A DNA stretch of 64,000 nt from a virus (taxonomy: Duplodnaviria; Caudoviricetes), in IMG/VR virus record IMGVR_UViG_3300033076_001357, positions 21,120 through 85,119 of that record; one strand, written 5' to 3'. The notes below the pieces were generated by a model, which saw nothing but the letters and a program-made list of their open reading frames with translations, was not told where the DNA came from and made no database searches. The position numbers and the translations under genes were made by a program. The number at the start of each line of letters is the position of its first letter. Position 1 is the first letter of the stretch. Positions 45,271-53,240 of the stretch are shown here, piece by piece.

Positions 45271-45315
45271 CAGTCTGGTGCTCCAGCTTGTCCCTGCTTG
45301 CTGCTTACAGGGACA

Positions 45316-45345
45316 AGTATACCACGCCACATGCCGCTGGCGCAA
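45316..45345 (-). promoter_or_regulatory. Sigma70-like promoter of the protein + ncRNA + tRNA cassette
   Basis: TTGCGC-N18-TATACT with TGG extension; insulated upstream by a 12-bp hairpin at 45348-45374. Confidence 0.7.
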
Positions 45346-45381
45346 TAGCGCCCCCGACAGGTTGTCGGGGGCGCCCGGCCA

Positions 45382-45852
45382 TCAGCCGGTCAGCTCCTCC
45401 AGGTCCAGCCCCTGCCGGGCCAGTTCCTCGGTAAGCGCGGCGATCTGGCTGTCGATCTGGTCCATGGTGGTGATCTCAAGCTTGGTGGTGGCGTCCAGAC
45501 CCAGTAGCTTGGCCCGGCGCTCACACAGCTTGATGGCGATCTCCACCGCCCGGGGCACTCCCCGCTGGATACCCGGGTTCAGAGCCAGCAGCATCTGGTC
45601 CAGCCTGCGCAGCTCGATCTCACGGTAGATGTCCACCGCGTGATCCTGGGCGACGATGGACTGTTCCAGCGCCCTGTTGATGTCCAGGCTGGCCGCCCGG
45701 ACGTTCGGGTACTCCAGGGCCAGGGTGATGGCCTCCAGACTGTACCCGTCGACTCGCATCTGTACCGCCTGGGCCCTACGGTCGGCGGTCTGGGCGCTGA
45801 TAGCGGTCTGAACCGTGGCGGTGGCCCCCTCAGGGGGCATCTTACGTGGCAT
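45382..45852 (-). CDS. Terminase small subunit-like protein
   Basis: N-terminal HTH (RRAQAVQMRVDGYSLEAI), ELRRLDQM, ERRAKLLGLDA. Confidence 0.75.
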   Translation of the reverse strand: MPRKMPPEGATATVQTAISAQTADRRAQAVQMRVDGYSLEAITLALEYPNVRAASLDINRALEQSIVAQDHAVDIYREIELRRLDQMLLALNPGIQRGVPRAVEIAIKLCERRAKLLGLDATTKLEITTMDQIDSQIAALTEELARQGLDLEELTG

Positions 45853-45908
45853 GATTTGACCTCCCTCACCGACAGTTTACGTCCGGTGAGGGAGGTCGGC
45901 AATTCCGG

Positions 45909-46808
45909 TTACGCCGTGACGGTCCGCCACCGCCGGTGTCCGTTGGCGTGCCAGACGTGGCCACCGGCGGTCTTGGTGCACCGGGCCGTCTGGCCGTCGA
46001 CGGTCCGCGCGTCCGCGCACCGGTTGTCCGCGCGCAGCTGCGCCACCAGGTCCCTGGCCTCCTTGGCCCGGATCACCCCGATGAACGCCCTGGCCGTCTC
46101 CCGGGTCCAGGTGGGGACGTTGACCAGAGCGGAGACCACCACGTCCTCCGCCGCCGAGGACCCCTCGGTGATCCGGTAGTAGTTCTCCCCCCGGTGGCTG
46201 ATCACCGCCCCGTCGGAACTGATCACGGTGTCAGGGCCGATAGCCGTGGCCTCGCCCTCCGGCCTAGGGTACCCCAGCTCGGCCAGCGCCGCCTTGATGA
46301 CGGCGTCCAGCAGGGTTACCGGAGAGTTGCGCAGGTTGAACCGGTCGTCGCAGGTCACTTCTTCCTCCGTCGTGGTGTGAGGTTCGTCACATTCGGTGGG
46401 CGCCGGGCCCCGGTCGTTCCGACGACGCGGCGTAGGAACGACCGGGGCCCCTTCCGCCTCCAGCAGCCCAAGAACGTCGGTGAGGGCCTTACGGTACCCA
46501 CGCAGCTCGATGTCGTGAGCAGGCGCCGGGTCGTGGCAGCCCTGGGCGTGCTCGCGGACGCGCTGGACGGCAGCGCCGAGCCGGTCCCGCTCAGCCTCGA
46601 CGAGAAACTGTTCGCGAGCCATACACAGTATGACGCGCTGCCGGGCGGCGGACAGATCCAGCTCGGGCCGCATCGCGGTCAGAGCGGCCTCGATGGCGGC
46701 GTCCAGAAGAGCGCCGGGTTCGGCGATGTGACGGGGCCGCAGACGCCCCTTGTCGTCCAGTACGATGGCGGCGATGTGCCGCCGCAGGTCGTCGACCACG
46801 TCGTTCAT
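45909..46808 (-). CDS. Hypothetical early protein
   Basis: ORF track; GC3-biased coding pattern. Confidence 0.6.
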   Translation of the reverse strand: MNDVVDDLRRHIAAIVLDDKGRLRPRHIAEPGALLDAAIEAALTAMRPELDLSAARQRVILCMAREQFLVEAERDRLGAAVQRVREHAQGCHDPAPAHDIELRGYRKALTDVLGLLEAEGAPVVPTPRRRNDRGPAPTECDEPHTTTEEEVTCDDRFNLRNSPVTLLDAVIKAALAELGYPRPEGEATAIGPDTVISSDGAVISHRGENYYRITEGSSAAEDVVVSALVNVPTWTRETARAFIGVIRAKEARDLVAQLRADNRCADARTVDGQTARCTKTAGGHVWHANGHRRWRTVTA

Positions 46809-48206
46809 GTCAGACTCTCCTCGGTGGGCTCGGCGGGGCTGGTGATGATCCAGCCGACGACGTCGTCGCGGTCCTCCAGACCGGCGTCGATCCAGCCCGT
46901 GGCCACATCGGCCATCTCGTCGGGGCTGTAGTAGTCGCCCTTGAATTCGACCGTGACGGTCAGGGCGACCCGGTGGGTCGTGGGCAGTGGGTCGTTGTCG
47001 GTCACCGACTGGACTCCTTCGGTGTACTGGCGGCTGAGGCTGCGGCGGGCGCCCAGTAGACGCTGGAGCCGGTCAGGCCAGCCCGCTCCAGCAGGGCGTC
47101 GACGGAGACGGCGGCGGCGACCAGACCCCGCTCGGGGTGGTCGAGGACGACGCGGCCGGACGGGTACTGGGCGCCGTCGTAGAAGTCACCGTCGGGGGTA
47201 ACGAGGCGGAAGCCTCGGGCGTAGGCGTGCACGGTGTTCCTCCGGGCAGTCACTGGTCGTTCCCTTCGGGGGCGTTGGGCTGTGACCGGCAGGCGGGACA
47301 CAGTTCACCATTGCGGTGTACCAACCAGCCCCACTGGCGCGCTTGTCTGCGAGCGTCGCTGATGGTAACCGCTTCCGGTACCGTGCTGTAATCTAGCGTG
47401 GCGTCACACGCGTCACAGAACACAAAAGCTCGGCGAATAACGCTCATCGGCTGTCCCGTTTGGTCAAGGCAGGTCACGCTCCCCCGTCGACCCGGGCCAC
47501 CCGGGCGGTGTGAAGCCCGACCGGCCGGTCGGAGCCGGTAACCGAACGGCAGTCCTGGCCTACCTCGGCTCCGCAGTATCCGCAGGATACCGACAGCGGC
47601 GTCAGCTTGCGGGCCAGAGAGGCCTGATAGGCCAGGGCACGCACTCCCGCCCGAAGCTCTCGGATCTCGGACGCGGCTATGGTGCCCGCCTCCACGCGGT
47701 CGATCAGCCGAAGCAGCTCGGCCAGGGTTATCACAGCAGTTCCTCCTGTATACCGATCGGGGGCCGCCGGGCGCAGATCACGCAGCGGGTCCAGGTGTCA
47801 CCGTCGCTCAGGGCAAAGGTCATCCCGCCGACCTCTTCTCCTCCTGGTCGGCCAGGCCGTTCAGCCAGGCGGCCACCTGGGGGCCGTAGACACCGAACCA
47901 GGACACCACCGGCTCTTCCGGGTCGGCAAGGTCGGCCGCCCGGCGAAGCGCCTCGGCCCGGCTGTGACCGGAACGAAGCGCCCGCTTGTGCAGAGCGTTG
48001 TACACCTTCCACGGTACGCTGCCGGTACCCGGCTGGTCCGAGGAATACAGGCGCAGCCCTTCGGAGAGAGGCAGGACCTCCTCCAGGACCGCGTCGGCCA
48101 GCGCGTCGGCCAGCGGGGGCGCGACGAAGTCCGCCGTAAGCTCGACCAGGCGGCGGCGAGCCGCCGCCCGGGCGGCCTCGGTCAGCACCTCCAGGTGATC
48201 GGTCAC
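46805..48206 (-). other. Chain of small overlapping early ORFs (46805-47005, 47002-47253, 47250-47447, 47474-47734, 47731-47823, 47820-48206), several with CxxC motifs
   Basis: ATGA/GTGA start-stop overlaps; individual starts are uncertain. Confidence 0.55.
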
Positions 48207-48748
48207 AGCCGGTCCGCCCACGCGGCCAGCGCCTCGAAGTCGTCGTCGGCCAGACCTACGAAGGGGCTGACCGTGATCAGCAGCGCCGGACCGGGGTGGT
48301 TACGGGCCACGTACTCGCGGTCGGCGTCGGTGACGTCATCGTCGACCCACGCGAAGGGTCGGCCCGCCGCCCAGTCGACGACCGCCGGAGTCTTCCAGAA
48401 GACGTTGTCGGTACGGAACCGGCTGCCCGGAAGCGGGGCCACCGGCAGCGTCGGCAGCCCCACCCGGGGGGCGATCCACTCGTTGGCATCGTCGCCCCAG
48501 GTGGTACACCACACCAGATCGAAGGGAAGTTCCAGCAGCCGGGGACCGTGGTCGGGGTTGAGCCACACCCGCAGGGGTACGGGCCGCTTGCCCGGACGGC
48601 CCGAGGCGGCCAGCCGCTCCCGCTCGGCGCGCTCCCACGAAGCGGGAAGCAGTCGGTAGGTCCGGTAGCCTTCGGGCCTCCGGGTGGGCTTGGCGGCGAA
48701 CGGGTTCAGCGGTCCGTCCACGTCTATCAACAACAGGGGGCGGCTCAT
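48203..48748 (-). CDS. HAD-superfamily phosphatase (HAD_SAK/RNA-repair-associated type)
   Basis: LLIDVDGPLNP...VWCTTW...FAWVDDD. Confidence 0.8.
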   Translation of the reverse strand: MSRPLLLIDVDGPLNPFAAKPTRRPEGYRTYRLLPASWERAERERLAASGRPGKRPVPLRVWLNPDHGPRLLELPFDLVWCTTWGDDANEWIAPRVGLPTLPVAPLPGSRFRTDNVFWKTPAVVDWAAGRPFAWVDDDVTDADREYVARNHPGPALLITVSPFVGLADDDFEALAAWADRL

Positions 48749-48910
48749 CGGGTCGCCTCCGTCTCGGCGCGGTCGATGTACACGGGCCGGGCGGAGAAGC
48801 GGGGGTCGTTGCTGTGTTCGTAGATCTCGCTGACGATGTCGTCGGGGACGGGCATCACTGTGGCTCCTCGTCGGGGTGTGGGCCCGGCCGTGCGGCCGGG
48901 CCCGGGGCGG

Positions 48911-49807
48911 TCAGGGGCGGGGTACCTCGTACTGCTCGGAACCGTTGGGGACGTGACCGGTGCCGTCGCAGGCGTCACACGCCTTCACTCCGGCGGACTC
49001 CGCCACCGACAGCCAGAAGGCCAGCTGCGAGTCGTACTCGGCCAGCGCCTCGGCGTAGTTGTCGCCCCGAACGCGGTGCGGAACCGGCAGAATCAGCTCC
49101 CGTCGGGCCAGCTTGGGCGCCTGATGGGTCCTCTTCAGCCTGCGGCCCTGGGCGTCGTACTCGTGCCGAACCTCGGTATGGGGGGTCTCGAAGGGAACCT
49201 CCACCACCACCTTCATACCCTGGAAGGGGTCACGGTCGGTGGGGCCGAGAACGTACGCCACGTGGCGCATCCGCTTGATCCGGTCCTGGACCTCGGCGTA
49301 CAGACCCGGGATGTGGCCGGGGAAGTACCGGTGGTACTGGGGGTGGCTGATCAGCACCTGGGGCAGGCTGGCGACCCACGCCCGACCGGGCCGGGTCTCG
49401 TCCGGAACCTCACCGTCCAGCACCCGCCACGGGCCGGGAACGTTCTCCGACAGGGGCTCACGCAGGGCGGTGACCGACTCGTACAGGCGGTAGGCCGCCT
49501 GGCTGCCGTAGGTCTCCTCCAGGTTGTCGTGCTGGTCGGGGGTCAGCTCCGGGGGGAACTTGGCGCTGGCGTCGGCGGGGTCCTTCAGTCTCCACCCGAC
49601 GATCTCGGGCCCGAAGTGGTAGGTGACGGTGATGACCTCGGCCTCGTGGTCGGACACCCACCAGTTACTGAAGGCGCCGAGACGGGTCAGCAGCTGGTCG
49701 TCGGCGCAGACGGTGACGTTCTCGTAGAGCCGGGCGCTGTTGAGGGTGATGTGGTAGAAGAACCGGCCGTCGCTGTGCCGGATGGCGAAGTGCTCGAAAT
49801 CGGCCAC
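48911..49807 (-). CDS. Hypothetical early protein
   Basis: GGAGG RBS; C-terminal CDACDGTG. Confidence 0.7.
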   Translation of the reverse strand: MADFEHFAIRHSDGRFFYHITLNSARLYENVTVCADDQLLTRLGAFSNWWVSDHEAEVITVTYHFGPEIVGWRLKDPADASAKFPPELTPDQHDNLEETYGSQAAYRLYESVTALREPLSENVPGPWRVLDGEVPDETRPGRAWVASLPQVLISHPQYHRYFPGHIPGLYAEVQDRIKRMRHVAYVLGPTDRDPFQGMKVVVEVPFETPHTEVRHEYDAQGRRLKRTHQAPKLARRELILPVPHRVRGDNYAEALAEYDSQLAFWLSVAESAGVKACDACDGTGHVPNGSEQYEVPRP

Positions 49808-49873
49808 GGTGGCCGCCTCCCTGTAGGAACGGGGCTCCGGGCCGCCGGACGGCGGCCCGGAGCCGGATCGGTG

Positions 49874-50557
49874 TTACTTGGACAGGCCGTGGTCCGGCAG
49901 GAAGCGCCACACGTAGGTCATCAGTTCGTAGTACCTGTAGGGCAGCAGGTCGCCCACCAGTTCGGCCATCACGGCCAGCGACGCCTGGTTGGCGGCGCTC
50001 AGGGTGACCACGTCGTCGGCGCAGAGTTCGTGGAACGTCCGGCCGACAGCGGTGGACAGCGTCCGGAAGGGCAGCACACGGCCCGAGTCACGGGCCAGCT
50101 CGCGGGCGTGCCCGCGAGCGATATCCTGGTCCAGAGAGGGTCGGGTCATCAGGGCCGACTCTTCGGCGGTAAGGCGCCTGAGCCGCTCCAGGGGCCGGAC
50201 AGCGGCCTCGCCCATGGGGCCGAGGGCCTGATGGGCGGGAAGCTCCTGGACCACCCGCAGGGCCCGGACGGCCCACTTGCACGGGAAGGTGCCGGTGCGG
50301 ACGTCCACCGGCTCGTCGACCGGCTCGACCCGCAGCAGGCGAGCGGGCCAGTAGGCCGTGTGGTCATTGCTGACGACCAGGGTCCAGGCCGGGTCGGTAG
50401 AGACGCTGAGGTAGGTGTGGGGGGTGTGAGGCCGGATCCGGACGCCAGGGTGGGGGTGGACGACCACGCGGTCGGTACCCAGCGCGCTGCCGTAGTCGAC
50501 GGTGCCGCTGTGGAAGTCGAACCCGTCGGGACGGACGGCCTTGAAATAGTGGGTCAT
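49874..50557 (-). CDS. Hypothetical early protein
   Basis: AGGAG RBS, ATG at 50557; promoter at 50727-50756. Confidence 0.65.
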   Translation of the reverse strand: MTHYFKAVRPDGFDFHSGTVDYGSALGTDRVVVHPHPGVRIRPHTPHTYLSVSTDPAWTLVVSNDHTAYWPARLLRVEPVDEPVDVRTGTFPCKWAVRALRVVQELPAHQALGPMGEAAVRPLERLRRLTAEESALMTRPSLDQDIARGHARELARDSGRVLPFRTLSTAVGRTFHELCADDVVTLSAANQASLAVMAELVGDLLPYRYYELMTYVWRFLPDHGLSK

Positions 50558-50763
50558 CGGACTGGACTCCTGTCGGGTGATCGGAGGCCGCGAGGCCCGG
50601 AGGGGGGTCTCTCGCGGCCCGGGGGAGCCGGGCCGGGCCTGGGGCCCCGTGGCCCCTCCTGCGGTTGCGGGAGGGGCCACGGGAGGCCGGGACGGGGCAC
50701 CCGGGCCGGGAGCGCTGCGTACCAGCACCCTACCACGGGACTTTCCCCGGCGGCAAGGGGCGG

Positions 50764-51309
50764 TCAGCCGACCGGCTGCCAGCCGTCCCCCCACTGGGCG
50801 GAGGAAAACGCCACCGACCGCCAGGGCTGGCGCCTTCCGCTACGGGCGAAGCCGAACGCCCGCATCGCTCCCTTGGTGGGGTGCCGGGCCACCGCCACGC
50901 AGCTGAACCAGGTGGAGGACTCCGGGGCCCGGAACGGGTCGTAGTCGGCGTAGGTGACCCCGGGCCGGAAGAACTCGGGCGCGTCGGGGTCGGGGCGGGC
51001 GTCGTCGCGCCGGGCCAGCAGCAGGTCGGCGATCTCGGCCGGACCGAGATCGCCGAACGTGGCGTCCAGGTACTCGGACGAGGTGTGGGCGATCAGGTCG
51101 GCGAGCAGCTGGCTGGGCGACCGGCGGTCACCGTCGGCGACCTGGACGGTGGGGGCGTCGATCAGCACGTCGACGCCGGGGACCAGTCGGTCGCTGGCGT
51201 CGGCCAGCTGGCTGGCCAGGAACTCGTTGGTGACCTGGTGGCCGTGGTGGTCGGTGCGGTGCACCGTGTCACCGACCTGGGCGGAGAAGCTGATGTTCAC
51301 GCGCCTCAT
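50764..51309 (-). CDS. Hypothetical early protein
   Basis: AAGGAG RBS; ORF track. Confidence 0.65.
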   Translation of the reverse strand: MRRVNISFSAQVGDTVHRTDHHGHQVTNEFLASQLADASDRLVPGVDVLIDAPTVQVADGDRRSPSQLLADLIAHTSSEYLDATFGDLGPAEIADLLLARRDDARPDPDAPEFFRPGVTYADYDPFRAPESSTWFSCVAVARHPTKGAMRAFGFARSGRRQPWRSVAFSSAQWGDGWQPVG

Positions 51310-51501
51310 CGGGGGCTCCTTATCGGGGTGGCGGAGAGGGCGAGGGCCGGGACGGGCCCTCCCGCAAGCGCGGAGAGGGCCGGGGGGCCTGGGGCCCGGG
51401 GCCGGGCTCCCAGGCGGCGGGAGGGGCCACGGGAGGCCGGGACGGGGCCACGGGGGCCAGCGGCCCGCCCCCGGCGGGCACCGGGGGCGGGCCGCCGGGG
51501 A

Positions 51502-51699
51502 TCAGGAGGCCAGGGGGGTGGCGGTCACGCTCAGCACGACGGTACCTCCGGCCAGGGGCACCGCGCCTTCGCCGACGTAGGCGCCGGTCAGGTACTCCTG
51601 GATGAACTCGGGGGTGAGTGGCTGGTCGCCGTAGTCGGTACCGGCGGTGGCGCCGTCGGGGACCTCGGCGAGGATGACGATGCAGATCTGTTGGGCCAT
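51502..51699 (-). CDS. Small early protein
   Basis: GGAGG RBS, ATG at 51699; promoter at 51750-51779. Confidence 0.6.
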   Translation of the reverse strand: MAQQICIVILAEVPDGATAGTDYGDQPLTPEFIQEYLTGAYVGEGAVPLAGGTVVLSVTATPLAS

Positions 51700-51844
51700 G
51701 GGTGCCTCCGGTGTCGGCGTGGCCCGGCGGGGTGCCGGGCGGTGGTACCACCCTACCACGGGTATTTCCGGGGCGGCAACCGGTGCCCGGAGGGGTCACG
51801 AGACAATGCCTCAGTTACCCCCGCCAAGATGCTTGCACGCACAA

Positions 51845-52180
51845 GGAACACTGGAACACCCCCTAGGGCCCTGAGCCTCGGATGCGCACGCTCGCGTACG
51901 TACGCGCGCACACGCTCCCGTACGTACGAGACAAGATATATATGTGGGTGTTCCAGTGTTCCATAGCCTCTGACCGGCCACGCTTATGGAACACTAGGGG
52001 TGTTCCAGGGGGTGTTCCAGGCCAACCGTAGGGTGTTCCAGTAACGCTGTGGTGTGTGCTGGTAGCTCGTAGTAATCTAATTACCCTTTGCTCGTCGTAG
52101 TGGAACACTAACTAGTCGTTACTGGAACACCCCTGGAACACCCCCACGGTTGGCGTGGAACACCGGGGGTGTTCCAGAAC
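51845..52180. repeat. Iteron-like array B of TGGAACAC/GTGTTCCA motifs
   Basis: Same layout as 391-700; 51943-51994 is identical to 483-534 (52 bp). Confidence 0.8.
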
Positions 52181-52320
52181 GGCAACCGTGGGGGTATAAT
52201 AATACAGCCCCCCATAACGCATTGCCGCGAGGGGTAACGCAGCGCCGCGCAGTGGCCGTCGGCCGCACATACAGGCGCGCCCCCGGCTCCAGTTGGAGCC
52301 GGGGGCGCGACGGGGGGGGG

Positions 52321-53193
52321 TCAGTTGTTGAGGGTGAGTCCGGGGACGGTCGGGATCGGCTCGTTGACGCCCCAGCGGAACACCTGCCTGCGGTCACCCG
52401 CGACGTACATGGACCACGCCTTGGCCACCAGCGGGTACGCGGTATCCATGTTGGCCCGCCCGGGATGGCCCAGGAAGTGGTTGCGCAGGTGCAGTCGCGG
52501 GTCCCCGGAAACCAGGTTGGATCCGGTGATGAGGCCCTCCAGCCATTCACCGATCATGAGCCGGAAAGAGCTGCGCTCGGCCTGCGCCAGCACGGCCAGG
52601 TGGGCCGCCTTGGGGATACGGGCCCGGTTGCGCGCGGTCACCGCCGCCCTGGCGTGGGTGTCCAGCTCCGGCCACTTGGCCACCTCCGCCAGCACGGCGG
52701 CGGGGCTCATGGTGCGGGCGTACAGGCCGACCCTGCCGGGGACCAGGTACCGGACGGCGGCGGTGACGGTGTCGCTGTGGTTGCCCGCGTACAGCTGGCG
52801 GGCCTGACGAGCGTAGCCGGTGTCGACCTTGTCGAACAGCCCCCGCGACTCACAGGGGAACACCCAGAAGTCCAGGCCGTCGTTGTTGAGGACTCCGGCG
52901 GGCACGTTGCGTAGGGCGGCCATGCGGTGCTGGCCGTTGAACAGCCAGCCGTCGGTGTCGAAGATCAGACCCTGCGGGTTGAGCCACCAGCGGCCCGCCA
53001 CCATCTCCTCGATGTAGGAGCCAACCTTGACCCGCGAGAGCTTGCGCTGGTGGTCGGTGCCCGGCCGGGTCCGGTAGTCGGACCAGTCGCTGGCCATGTC
53101 CCGGGTGACGAACAGGGGCCCCGGTTCGGCGGGCAACGGGTACTTGGACAGCCAGGGACCAAGCTCGGCGGGGGCGGGGCTGTTGATGCCCAT
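52321..53193 (-). CDS. ParB N-terminal/DGQHR-like domain protein
   Basis: YIEEMVAGRWWLNPQGLIFD...LFNGQHRMAAL. Confidence 0.7.
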   Translation of the reverse strand: MGINSPAPAELGPWLSKYPLPAEPGPLFVTRDMASDWSDYRTRPGTDHQRKLSRVKVGSYIEEMVAGRWWLNPQGLIFDTDGWLFNGQHRMAALRNVPAGVLNNDGLDFWVFPCESRGLFDKVDTGYARQARQLYAGNHSDTVTAAVRYLVPGRVGLYARTMSPAAVLAEVAKWPELDTHARAAVTARNRARIPKAAHLAVLAQAERSSFRLMIGEWLEGLITGSNLVSGDPRLHLRNHFLGHPGRANMDTAYPLVAKAWSMYVAGDRRQVFRWGVNEPIPTVPGLTLNN

Positions 53194-53240
53194 GATGTTG
53201 GCTTCTTTCTACTAGAAGCAGCTGCGCGGTTCGCGGCTGG

